From the NCBI GenBank assembly GCA_963805975.1, contig CAWDVR010000005.1, positions 448,001 through 512,000 on the forward strand: a stretch of 64,000 nucleotides of DNA, given 5' to 3'. The position numbers were made by a program, and so were the translations under genes. The notes under the pieces were generated by a model. That model was not told where the DNA came from and ran no database searches. It worked only from the letters and a program-made list of their open reading frames with translations. This DNA comes from an uncultured Acidobacteriota bacterium. Lineage in GTDB: Bacteria; Acidobacteriota; Thermoanaerobaculia; Multivoradales; SZUA-115. Of this stretch, positions 7,565 to 16,599 are shown one piece after another; position 1 is the first letter of the stretch, and every line of letters begins with the position of its first letter.

Positions 7565-9790
7565 GTGAAGACCGAAAGCCTGCCGCCCCCACCCGTCAAG
7601 GGCCGGGGGCGGGTGCGCTTCGAGGACGTCGTCGAACGGCTGGAGGCCCAGGGCCGGCCCTTCGACCGCGAGGGCCTGCGCGCGGTCCACGAGTTCTCGG
7701 AGGCGATGCACAAGGACCAGCTCCGCCGGTCGGGAGAGCCCTTCTTCACGCATCCGTTGGCCGTCGCCTACCTGCTGGCCGACCTCAAGTTCGACGAGAC
7801 CTGCGTCGCGGTGGGCCTGCTGCACGACGTGCTGGAGGACACGCTCACCACCCGGGAGGTGATCGGCGAGCGCTTCGGACCGGAGATCGCCGAGCTGGTC
7901 GAGGGCGTGACCAAGATCGGTCGCCATTCCTACGTGCGCCGCGACGAGGTCCAGGCCGAGACCTTCCGCAAGATGATCCTGGCCTCGGCCAAGGATCTGC
8001 GGGTGATCGTCATCAAGCTCGCCGACCGGCTGCACAACATGCTCACCCTGGAGCACCTGCCGCCGGAGAAGCGGCGCCGCATCTCGCGCGAGACGCTCGA
8101 GATCTACGCCCCGATCGCCCATCGCCTGGGGATGGCGCGGGTGCAGGGCGATCTCGAGGATCTCGCCTTCTACCACCTCTATCCGCACCAGTTCACCGAG
8201 CTGCACTCGAAGATCAAAGAGAAGATGAAGGTCGGTCACGACGCCATCGAGCGCCTGCGGCGCCGCCTGGCGACGGCGCTCGAGGAAGCGGGGATCGAGG
8301 CCGAGATCAGCTCACGGGTGAAGCGCTACTACTCGATCTACAGGAAGCTCCTGCGCCAGGGGATCGACATCTCGCAGCTCTACGATTACCTGGCTTTCCG
8401 CGTCGTCACCCCCAACCTGCGCGACACCTACGCCGCGCTGGGGGTGGTGCACCAGAGCTGGCGCCCGATACCGGGCCGGTTCAAGGACTACATCGCGATG
8501 CCGAAGCCCAACCTCTACCAGTCGCTCCACACCACGGTGGTGAGCGACACCGGCCAGCCGTTCGAGGTGCAGATCCGCACCCGCGAGATGGACCTGGTGG
8601 CCGAGGAAGGCATCGCCGCTCACTGGCGCTACAAGGAAGGCAAGGGCGGGCCGGCGACCACGGACCGCAACATCCTCTGGCTGCGGCAGTTGCTCGAGTG
8701 GCAGAAGGAGGTGCAGGACCCGCGCACCTTCCTGACCTCGCTCAAGCTCGATCTCTATCCGGAGGAGGTCTACGTCTTCACGCCCAAGGGCGACGTGATG
8801 TCGTTCCCGCGCGGCGCCACCCCGCTCGACTTCGCCTACAAGGTGCACACCGATGTCGGCCACCACTGCTCGGGGGCGCGCATCAACGGCCGGCTCGTGA
8901 CGCTGCGCACGGCGCTCGCGAACGGCGACATGGTGGAGGTGATCACCAACCCCAACCGGGCGCCGAGCCGGGACTGGTTGAATTTGGTGGCCACCTCGCG
9001 GGCCAAGAACAAGATCCGCCAGTGGTTGAACGCGCAGCAGAAGAACCGCGCCATGGAGCTCGGGGCCAGGATGCTGGAGCGCGAGGCACGACGCTATCGG
9101 ACGAGCCTCAAGAAGCTCTTGGAAAGCCCCGCGCTCGCCGCGCTGATCGTCGAGGAAGGGTTGTCCAAGGTCGAGGATCTCTACAGCCGCATCGGCTTCG
9201 GGCGCACCCAGCCGCGGCAGGTGCTGGCGCGGCTCCTGCCGTCAGAGCAGCTCGTCGAGCCACCCAAGGAGAGCCGTCTCCGGCGCGTGGTCAGCCGCAT
9301 TCTGCCGCAACGGGGCGGACCGATCGCGGTCAAGGGCCACGGCGACGTGCTGGCGTATCTCGCCAAGTGTTGCAGCCCGCTGCCCGGCGAGGGCATCGTC
9401 GGCTACGTGACCCGCGGCCACGGCATCTCGGTGCATTCGGTCGACTGCCCGAACGTCAAGAACCTGCTGTTCAACCCGGAGCGGGAGATCGAGGTCGAGT
9501 GGGCGAAGGGAGCCGAGGAGCGCTACCGCATCAGCCTGGTGATAGAGACCGAGAACCGCCCGGGCATCCTGGCCAAGCTCACGGACACCATCGCCAAGCT
9601 CGACACCAACATCGCCCAGTTCGATGCCGACACCCCGGAGGCCGGCCGCGGCGAGATCCAGGTGGTGGTCGAGCTGCGCGACCTCAAGCACCTCGAGAAG
9701 CTGCGGCGCGGTATCCAGGCGGTGCCCGGCGTGTTGCGAGTGGACCGGAGGATGGGAACTTCGACGACCGCCGCGGAAGGCTTGCCCTAG
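7565..9790 (+). CDS. rel: Bifunctional (p)ppGpp synthetase/hydrolase Rel (RelA/SpoT)
   Basis: HD domain (LHDVLED, KLADRLHN), synthetase (RFKDYIAMPK, YQSLHT, EVQIRT), TGS and ACT domains. The real start is GTG 7565; the ORF-track extension from 6617 is a shadow of secDF. Confidence 0.95.
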   Translation: MKTESLPPPPVKGRGRVRFEDVVERLEAQGRPFDREGLRAVHEFSEAMHKDQLRRSGEPFFTHPLAVAYLLADLKFDETCVAVGLLHDVLEDTLTTREVIGERFGPEIAELVEGVTKIGRHSYVRRDEVQAETFRKMILASAKDLRVIVIKLADRLHNMLTLEHLPPEKRRRISRETLEIYAPIAHRLGMARVQGDLEDLAFYHLYPHQFTELHSKIKEKMKVGHDAIERLRRRLATALEEAGIEAEISSRVKRYYSIYRKLLRQGIDISQLYDYLAFRVVTPNLRDTYAALGVVHQSWRPIPGRFKDYIAMPKPNLYQSLHTTVVSDTGQPFEVQIRTREMDLVAEEGIAAHWRYKEGKGGPATTDRNILWLRQLLEWQKEVQDPRTFLTSLKLDLYPEEVYVFTPKGDVMSFPRGATPLDFAYKVHTDVGHHCSGARINGRLVTLRTALANGDMVEVITNPNRAPSRDWLNLVATSRAKNKIRQWLNAQQKNRAMELGARMLEREARRYRTSLKKLLESPALAALIVEEGLSKVEDLYSRIGFGRTQPRQVLARLLPSEQLVEPPKESRLRRVVSRILPQRGGPIAVKGHGDVLAYLAKCCSPLPGEGIVGYVTRGHGISVHSVDCPNVKNLLFNPEREIEVEWAKGAEERYRISLVIETENRPGILAKLTDTIAKLDTNIAQFDADTPEAGRGEIQVVVELRDLKHLEKLRRGIQAVPGVLRVDRRMGTSTTAAEGLP

Positions 9791-9806
9791 CGGCGGCCGG
9801 GCCCGG

Positions 9807-10034
9807 TTACGGGGTGGGAGAGGCGTCCGGCTGCCAGGTGCGGACCAGCGGCTTCTGGACCGCGCCGCTGCGCAGGCAACGCGTGCAGACCCGGACGTGC
9901 CGCGGAGTGCCGTTCACCAGAGCTCTGACGCGCTGGAGGTTGGGCTCCATCTTGCGGTTGGTGACGTTGTGAGCGTGACTGACCTTGCGGCCGAACGTGG
10001 TGCCCTTGCCGCAGATCTCGCATTGTTTGGCCAT
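9807..10034 (-). CDS. rpmB: 50S ribosomal protein L28 (zinc-binding form)
   Basis: MAKQCEICGKGTTFGRKVSHAHN...PNLQRVR...VCTRCLRSG; both CxxC pairs are present. Confidence 0.97.
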   Translation of the reverse strand: MAKQCEICGKGTTFGRKVSHAHNVTNRKMEPNLQRVRALVNGTPRHVRVCTRCLRSGAVQKPLVRTWQPDASPTP

Positions 10035-10149
10035 GGCCTCGAGCTCCCTGACTGCTGAGTGACCCTGCTGACTTTGAATTGGCTGACTGACTTGGCTATG
10101 AACACCGATCGAGGTCGAGCATGAGCCGGACCTCGGCACAGAGCCACGA

Positions 10150-10179
10150 AGAGTACCAGACTGGGGCTCCGCCGTTCAA
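10150..10179 (-). promoter_or_regulatory. Putative sigma70 promoter of rpmB
   Basis: Minus strand TTGAAC-18 nt-TACTCT with a TGn extended -10. Confidence 0.5.
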
Positions 10180-10223
10180 GGACTTGCGTGGCTGGCCTAT
10201 ATGGCCATAGATGTATCTTCCTC

Positions 10224-10252
10224 TTGACACCCCTATTTCTTGATGCTAGCCT
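10224..10252 (+). promoter_or_regulatory. Putative sigma70 promoter of the pilMNOPQ operon
   Basis: TTGACA-17 nt-TAGCCT with a TGn extension, in an AT-richer intergenic stretch. Confidence 0.65.
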
Positions 10253-10316
10253 CGAGCCAAGCTTTAAGTTTTAGCCCGTAAGTTGGCGTAACCACAGGAC
10301 TTTGGGGGCCTAGACT

Positions 10317-11375
10317 GTGCTTTTCTCACGCACCAAAGGCTTGGTCGGTCTGGACATCGGTAGTTCGGCGATCAAGCTCGTCGAGCTCAAAGAGCGCCGT
10401 GCAGGCGAGTTCCATCTCCAGCGGTTGGGGGTCGAACCGCTCTCGCCGGAGGCCATCGTCGACGGCTCGATCATGGATTCCTCGCTGGTGGTCGACGCCA
10501 TCCACAAGCTGAACGACGAGACCAAGGTCAAGACCACGAACTACGGCACCTCGCTCTCCGGCCACTCGGTGATCGTCAAGAAGATCCAGCTCCCGGCCAT
10601 GGCTCCCGAAGAGCTCGCCGAGTCCATCCAGTGGGAGGCCGAGCAGTACATCCCCTTCGACATCCAGGACGTGCGCCTCGACTATGTGGTGCTGTCCGAA
10701 GGCGAGCCCGGCCGCGACAACATGGAAGTCCTGCTGGTCGCCGTCAAACGCGACAAGGTCAACGACTACGTGTCGGTGATCAGCCAGACGGGGAAGGCCC
10801 CGGTGCTGGTCGACATCGACGCCTTTGCGGTGCAGAACGCCTACGAGGTCAACTACGACCTCGACCTGCTGAAGACGGTGGCGCTGATCAACATGGGCGC
10901 CGGGGTGACCAACATCAATATCCTGGCCCGCGGCTCGACCGTCTTCTGGCGCGACATCTCTTTCGGCGGCAACCAGTTCACCGAGGCGCTGCAGCGCGAG
11001 TTCAACCTCTCCTTCGAACAGGCCGAGGCGTTGAAGAAGGGCGAGACCGTGGACCGCTATGGTCTCGCGGAGGCCAAGCCCGTGCTCGACGCGGTGTCGG
11101 CGGAGATGGCCGAGGAGATCCGCAAGACCTTCGACTTCTTCTCGGCGACCGCTTCCGAGGGCCCGGTCGACGAGCTGGTCCTCGCCGGGGGCTGCGCCCT
11201 GACGCCGAATCTGCAGCAGGTGCTCTCCGACCGCTTCCAGGTCCCGACCGAGCTGATGAACCCGCTGCGCCGCATCCGCTACAAAGAAGGGGACTTCGCG
11301 AGCGAGTGGCTGTCGTCGATCGCGCCGATGCTGGCGGTATCGGTCGGCCTGGCCGTGCGCAGAGTGGGGGACTAG
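10317..11375 (+). CDS. pilM: Type IV pilus assembly protein PilM
   Basis: VGLDIGSSAIKLVEL, WEAEQYIPF, actin-like fold; first gene of pilMNOPQ. Confidence 0.95.
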   Translation: MLFSRTKGLVGLDIGSSAIKLVELKERRAGEFHLQRLGVEPLSPEAIVDGSIMDSSLVVDAIHKLNDETKVKTTNYGTSLSGHSVIVKKIQLPAMAPEELAESIQWEAEQYIPFDIQDVRLDYVVLSEGEPGRDNMEVLLVAVKRDKVNDYVSVISQTGKAPVLVDIDAFAVQNAYEVNYDLDLLKTVALINMGAGVTNINILARGSTVFWRDISFGGNQFTEALQREFNLSFEQAEALKKGETVDRYGLAEAKPVLDAVSAEMAEEIRKTFDFFSATASEGPVDELVLAGGCALTPNLQQVLSDRFQVPTELMNPLRRIRYKEGDFASEWLSSIAPMLAVSVGLAVRRVGD

Positions 11376-11381
11376 CCGTCC

Positions 11382-12065
11382 ATGATCAAGATCAATCTGC
11401 TTTCTGAGGGCAAGCGCCCGACGGCGGTGCGGCGTGCCAAGGCGACGGGCGGCCGGCTGTTCCGCTCGGAGGATCTGGCGAAGTGGCTGTTCGCCGGCGC
11501 GCTGCTGCTCCTGATCGCCGGCTTCGGCGTCTACTGGTGGATGCTCCACTCCGAGCTCGGCCGGACCCAGGACCAGATCGCGGACGTCAACGACGAGCTC
11601 AAAGAGCTCGCACCGATCATCAAGGAAGTGGCGGACTTCAAGGCCAAGAAGGCCGCGCTCGAGCACCAGATCCAGGTGATCAGCGACCTCAAGGCCAACC
11701 AGCGCGGCCCGGTCCGCATCCTGGACGAGGTGTCGCGCGGCCTGCCGGAGCTGCTCTGGTTGACGCGGCTGGACATGACCGCCAACAACGTGAGCATCAG
11801 CGGAGAGACCTTCTCGACCAACGCGGTCGCGGCCTTCATCGAGAACCTGGGCCGGGTCCCCGAGTTCCAGGAGCCGCGGCGCACCCAGGTGACGAGCGAG
11901 AAAGACATCTACAACTTTTCTCTCCAGTTCGGGTATCGGCCGGTGACGCAGGCCAACCCACTCCCGGAGACCGTGCCGCCGACTTCGCCGACGGGCACCG
12001 AGGCGGGCGCGGCGCCGGCTGCCGGCCCGGCCACCGCCTTGGGAACGGGCTCGCAGTCCCGCTGA
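11382..12065 (+). CDS. pilN: Type IV pilus assembly protein PilN
   Basis: MIKINLL N-terminus, a single TM helix, coiled coil and PilN domain. Confidence 0.92.
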   Translation: MIKINLLSEGKRPTAVRRAKATGGRLFRSEDLAKWLFAGALLLLIAGFGVYWWMLHSELGRTQDQIADVNDELKELAPIIKEVADFKAKKAALEHQIQVISDLKANQRGPVRILDEVSRGLPELLWLTRLDMTANNVSISGETFSTNAVAAFIENLGRVPEFQEPRRTQVTSEKDIYNFSLQFGYRPVTQANPLPETVPPTSPTGTEAGAAPAAGPATALGTGSQSR

Positions 12066-12078
12066 TCGGAGGACAGCC

Positions 12079-12765
12079 GTGGCGCTTCTTGGCATCAGCT
12101 TCGACGGCAAGTCGCCCCAGTACGGGCTGGCGGTGGGGGCCTTCCTGGGCGCCCTCCTGGTCGGTGTCGGCTACTGGCAGCTTGCCATCCCGAAACAGAA
12201 AGAGATCAAGAAGCAGAAGGCCGAGCTGCGCAAGCTGGAGGACAAGCGCGACGAAGCGCGCGCCGCGGCCCAGAGCCTGCCGCAGTTTCGCGAGGAGGTG
12301 GGCCGCCTCACCTTCGAGCTCGTCAAGCTGAAGCGCATCCTGCCCCCCAAGCGCAACACCCAGGAGCTGCTGCGCAAAGTGCGCACCTTGGCCGAGGCGG
12401 GCGACTTCGATCTCAACGTGTTCAAAGAAGGCAACGAACAGCAAAAAGAGTTCTACAGCGAGTGGCCGATCGACATCGCGCTCGAGGGCAGCTACCACAA
12501 CCTGGCCTTGTTCTTCGACAAGATCAGCCGTTTCCCGCGCATCCTGAACATCGACAAGCTGACGATCTCCGCCACCCCGCGGCAGTCCGATGCCCGAACG
12601 ATTCAGGCGACCTTCGTCACCAAGACCTTCTTCTACAACGAGGTACCGGAAGAGGGCGAGGCGACGGCCGGAGGGGCTCAGGCCGGCGGCGCGGCGGGCG
12701 AGATCGGCAAGGCGGTGGGCGACGCCAAGAGGAAGCCGGCGGCAAGGAAGGGCGGCGATGCGTAG
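12079..12765 (+). CDS. pilO: Type IV pilus assembly protein PilO
   Basis: TM plus coiled coil; EFYSEWPIDIALEGSYHNLALFFDKISRFPRI. Confidence 0.93.
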   Translation: MALLGISFDGKSPQYGLAVGAFLGALLVGVGYWQLAIPKQKEIKKQKAELRKLEDKRDEARAAAQSLPQFREEVGRLTFELVKLKRILPPKRNTQELLRKVRTLAEAGDFDLNVFKEGNEQQKEFYSEWPIDIALEGSYHNLALFFDKISRFPRILNIDKLTISATPRQSDARTIQATFVTKTFFYNEVPEEGEATAGGAQAGGAAGEIGKAVGDAKRKPAARKGGDA

Positions 12766-13330
12766 AGCCAGCGAGTTCCCGTCCCGCCTGCTCTTGACCG
12801 TCGCGGCCCTGGCCGCGCTCGCCCTCGGCGCCTTCCCGCTCTCCTCCGCGCGAGCGCAGCCGGCCGAGCAGCAACCGGCCGAGACCGCAGCGGAGGAGGA
12901 GACGACACCGCGCGAGAGTGGCGTCGTGGCGCCGCTGCCGTCGCTCGAGGACATCGACGAGATTCTCGAAGGTGAGGAAGCCACTCTGTCGGGAGGCGGC
13001 TACACCTACGATCAGGGTGGCCGTCGCGACCCGTTCAAGTCGCTGAAGATCGCCGCCACCGAGGTGCGCTTCAAGGGGCCGCGGCCGCAAGGCATCCCCG
13101 GCCTCCTGATCGACGAGGTGGTGTTGGCCGGCATCTTCAAGACCACCAAGGGCTACATCGCCCAGGTGCAGTCCTCGGAGAAGAAGAGCTTCCTGCTCAA
13201 GGTGGGCGATCAGCTCTTCGACGGCGACGTGATCTCGATCACCTCCCGAGAGATCGTTTTCAAGCAAAACGTTCAAGACCCAACAGCCCTGAAGCCGTTC
13301 CGCGAGGTGGTCAAGAGCCTCAACCCGTAG
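12758..13330 (+). CDS. pilP: PilP-like pilus assembly protein
   Basis: YDQGGRRDPF motif and C-terminal beta domain (LKVGDQLFDG); located between pilO and pilQ; start ATG 12758. Confidence 0.8.
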   Translation: MRRASEFPSRLLLTVAALAALALGAFPLSSARAQPAEQQPAETAAEEETTPRESGVVAPLPSLEDIDEILEGEEATLSGGGYTYDQGGRRDPFKSLKIAATEVRFKGPRPQGIPGLLIDEVVLAGIFKTTKGYIAQVQSSEKKSFLLKVGDQLFDGDVISITSREIVFKQNVQDPTALKPFREVVKSLNP

Positions 13331-13370
13331 CTCGAACACAGCCTGGCGCCGGCAAAGGGAGGCGAGTGTC

Positions 13371-15995
13371 ATGGGAGATTTGGTGAAACGCGAACCAGAC
13401 GTCAAGCGGCGATGGAGCGCCTTGACGGCGGCCACGGTCATCTTCCTCGCGCTGGCGTGCTCGTCGTCCGGCAGCCGATCGGTGGCCACCACCACCATGC
13501 CGCCGGTCCGGGAGAGCTCTCCCACGGCGCCGGTGGCGCCGCCGCCGATCGCGATCGAGTCGATCGACCTGACCGAAGGCGCGCCGGGCATGCGCGTCGA
13601 CCTCGCCGCCAGCGGGCCCCTGGTCTGGACCAGCTACCGTACCGACGAGGGCAAGCTCGTGGTCGAGCTGCCCAACAGCGTGCCGGGCGCGGCCGTGCCC
13701 TCGACCGTCCCCGGCAGCGGCCTCGTCGCCTCGATCGCCATCGACAGCGAGAACAACAACTCGCGTCCCCTGACGCGCTTGACCGTCGTCACCACGGGCG
13801 CGGTCGAGCACTCCCTGGTCGCCGACGGCAACGTGCTCCACCTCGAGCTCAACCCGGTACAGCAGCAGGGCATCGAGTCCGAGGCGCCGGCCGCGCTCGC
13901 CTATGAGCCCGTGCCGGAGCAGCCGGCCGCCCCGGCCCCGACGGCGGGTGCGGCACCGGCGTACGCTGAGCCCCCTCACCGGGCGCAGGTCGACCTCGGG
14001 ACGCTCGAGAACCCGCACCACTCGCCGCCTCCTACCGGCCCGCTCGCCACCCGTCTGGAGGCGATCGAGGCCTTGGACAACGGTACGGTGCGGGTCGCCG
14101 GCGACGGCGAGTTCTCCTATTCGACCTTCCGCCTCGAGGGCCCGGAGCGTTTCGTCATCGATCTCAACGGGGTGATCAACGCTGCGCCCGCGTCGACCGT
14201 GCCGGTGAATGGCAGCCTGGTGCGCCGGGTGCGCACCGCGCAGTTCAAGCCCATGCCGCAACCGGTGTCGCGGGTGGTCTTCGACCTCGAAGGCCCCGCT
14301 TGGCCCGAGATCGACCGCGCGGCCCACGGCCTGACCGTGCGCTTCGTCGAACCCGAGGCTGTGGCCTCCGGGGTCGCCGTCTCGAGCCCCAGCCCCGAGC
14401 CGTCGAGCCCCGAGCTTTCGAGCCCGGAGCCCTCGAGCCCACCGCAGCCCGTCTCGAGCCCGGAACCAGCCTACGTGGCGCCCGCGCCGGCCGCGAGCCG
14501 CCCCGAGCCCGCGTACGTGCCGCCGGCCCCTGAGGAGGAGCCGGAGATGGCAGCGGCACCGAGCGTGGTGCCTGCCCAGCCGGTCCCCATGCCGGCGCGT
14601 ATCGAGCCGCCACGGCCCGCCGCCGAGCGAGCGCCGCGCCGCCCGCCGCCGACCAATGACCTCGCGGCCTACGTGGCCGAGGTGACGACGGCGGCGCCGG
14701 TCGAGAGCGAGGGCCCGGTAGACCGCGTCTTCACCACCAAGACCTTCGGTGCGCGGACCATGTCGGGCCAGGAGCGCACCTATTCGGGCGACACCATCTC
14801 GATGACGCTGCGCGACGCCGACCTCGTCGAGACGCTGCGCAGCTTCGCCGCCATCTCGGGGCTGTCGGTCGTCATTCAGCCGGAGGTCAAGGGCTCGGTC
14901 ACGGTCGAGCTCAACAACGTACCCTGGGATCAGGCCCTGGAGCAGATCCTGCGCGTCAACCGCCTGGGCTACGAGCTCGAAGGCACGGTGATGCGCATCG
15001 CTCCGGTCAAGATCCTCAAGGACGAGGCCAAGGAGCAGCAGGAGCTGATGGCTGCCAAGGCCTTGCAGGTGCCGCTCAAGACCATCATGCGGCGGCTCTC
15101 CTACGGCACTGCGAGGGACGTCGCGACCTTGCTCGCGGTGCGCGGCGGCATCCTTTCCCAGCGCGGCAGCGTGTGGGTCGACAAGCGCACCAACTCTCTG
15201 ATCATCAAAGAGCTGCCCGAGTACATGGACACCGTGACCGCGGTGATCAACGAGCTCGACACCCCCGAGCCGCAGGTGATGATCGAGGCGCGGATCGTCG
15301 AGACCACCAAGCGCTTCACGCGCTCGCTGGGCGTCCAGTGGGCGGCCGCCGGCGAAGCGAGCCCCCGCCTCGGCAATACTACCGGCCTGGTGTTCCCCAA
15401 CAACGTTCAGGGCCAGGGCGGGGTGAACCTGATCACCGGCGCCAGGAACGGCTTCCTCAACCTCTCGCTCGGCAACGTCCTGAACAGCTTCAACCTCGAC
15501 CTCAACCTGCAAGCGGCCGAGAGCGAGGGCCTGATCCGCATCCTCTCGGCGCCCAAGGTCGCGGTGCTCAACAACGAGGAAGCCGAGATCCAGAGCGGCT
15601 TGCAGATCCCCGTCCAGACGATCACCAACAACACGGTCACCACCCAGTTCGTCAAGGCCACCCTGTCGCTCCAGGTGACGCCGCACGTGACGGCCGAGGG
15701 CACCGTGCTGATGGAGCTCGAGGTGAGAAAGCGCGAGCCGCAGCTCGCCTTCGCCGTCGCCGGCGCCAACAACGCGCCGATCGCCACCAAGGAAGCGCGC
15801 ACCCGGGTGATCGTCCGCGACGGCGGCACCACCGTCATCGGCGGCATCTACAAGGTGACGAGCGACCAGGGCCAGGACCGTGTGCCTGGCCTCGCCAACA
15901 TCCCGATCATCGGCGAGATCTTCAAGAACCGCCGCCGCACGGACGAGAACGAAGAGCTCCTGATCTTCATCACCCCGCGGGTGGTCAACCTGTAG
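13371..15995 (+). CDS. pilQ: Type IV pilus secretin PilQ with N-terminal AMIN domains
   Basis: Lipobox-like LALAC, two AMIN-like domains, a Pro-rich linker, VPWDQAL, QVMIEARIVE, VPGLANIPIIG and ELLIFITPRVV. Confidence 0.95.
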   Translation: MGDLVKREPDVKRRWSALTAATVIFLALACSSSGSRSVATTTMPPVRESSPTAPVAPPPIAIESIDLTEGAPGMRVDLAASGPLVWTSYRTDEGKLVVELPNSVPGAAVPSTVPGSGLVASIAIDSENNNSRPLTRLTVVTTGAVEHSLVADGNVLHLELNPVQQQGIESEAPAALAYEPVPEQPAAPAPTAGAAPAYAEPPHRAQVDLGTLENPHHSPPPTGPLATRLEAIEALDNGTVRVAGDGEFSYSTFRLEGPERFVIDLNGVINAAPASTVPVNGSLVRRVRTAQFKPMPQPVSRVVFDLEGPAWPEIDRAAHGLTVRFVEPEAVASGVAVSSPSPEPSSPELSSPEPSSPPQPVSSPEPAYVAPAPAASRPEPAYVPPAPEEEPEMAAAPSVVPAQPVPMPARIEPPRPAAERAPRRPPPTNDLAAYVAEVTTAAPVESEGPVDRVFTTKTFGARTMSGQERTYSGDTISMTLRDADLVETLRSFAAISGLSVVIQPEVKGSVTVELNNVPWDQALEQILRVNRLGYELEGTVMRIAPVKILKDEAKEQQELMAAKALQVPLKTIMRRLSYGTARDVATLLAVRGGILSQRGSVWVDKRTNSLIIKELPEYMDTVTAVINELDTPEPQVMIEARIVETTKRFTRSLGVQWAAAGEASPRLGNTTGLVFPNNVQGQGGVNLITGARNGFLNLSLGNVLNSFNLDLNLQAAESEGLIRILSAPKVAVLNNEEAEIQSGLQIPVQTITNNTVTTQFVKATLSLQVTPHVTAEGTVLMELEVRKREPQLAFAVAGANNAPIATKEARTRVIVRDGGTTVIGGIYKVTSDQGQDRVPGLANIPIIGEIFKNRRRTDENEELLIFITPRVVNL
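14391..14440 (+). repeat. 15-bp tandem repeat in the pilQ linker (SPEPS units)
   Basis: agccccgagccgtcg / agccccgagctttcg / agcccggagccctcg. Confidence 0.8.
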
Positions 15996-16013
15996 GTCGG
16001 AGGTAGCTGCACC

Positions 16014-16568
16014 ATGCGAAACGCACTAGCCTGTCTGGGGTTGATCACTCTCGCCGTCGCTGCGGCGAGCTGCAACTCTCGCACCGACACGTCGGAAGGC
16101 AGCGTCATACTCTCGATCACCGACTTCGATGAGCTCACCTCCGAGGTCAGTGTCAACAATGCCGCCGTCTTGGGTATCGTCCCCATCGGCGAGGTGACGG
16201 TGTCCAATTTTTCCAAGGACCCTAGCGGCCTGAGCAGCAACCTGATGGATATCGAGCTGCGATCCTACGAGGTGGTTTTCACGCGCGCCGATCGCGGCAC
16301 TCGCCGGCCGCCGACCCGGGTGTCGGGAATCTTCGGTGCCGTGCCGGTTGGCGGTACCAACACCATCGAAAACATACGGATCATGAGCCTCGATCAGCTC
16401 AATACGACACCCCTGGCCGATCTCCTCTTCCAGAACGGCGGCTTCGACAAGGAGACGGGCGAGGACACCATTCAGGTCAACTGCCACCTGACGTTTTTTG
16501 GCCGCACTCTCGCCGGCGACAACGTCAGGTCGAACACAGCCTCCTGGGTCATCCAGTTCACGCCATAG
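16014..16568 (+). CDS. Putative lipoprotein of unknown function (beta-rich)
   Basis: Signal with AAASC lipobox; SD GGAGGT; starts 18 nt after the pilQ stop. Confidence 0.8.
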   Translation: MRNALACLGLITLAVAAASCNSRTDTSEGSVILSITDFDELTSEVSVNNAAVLGIVPIGEVTVSNFSKDPSGLSSNLMDIELRSYEVVFTRADRGTRRPPTRVSGIFGAVPVGGTNTIENIRIMSLDQLNTTPLADLLFQNGGFDKETGEDTIQVNCHLTFFGRTLAGDNVRSNTASWVIQFTP

Positions 16569-16599
16569 CCCAGGGATTGGGTAATCAGGGAGAGCAGCG

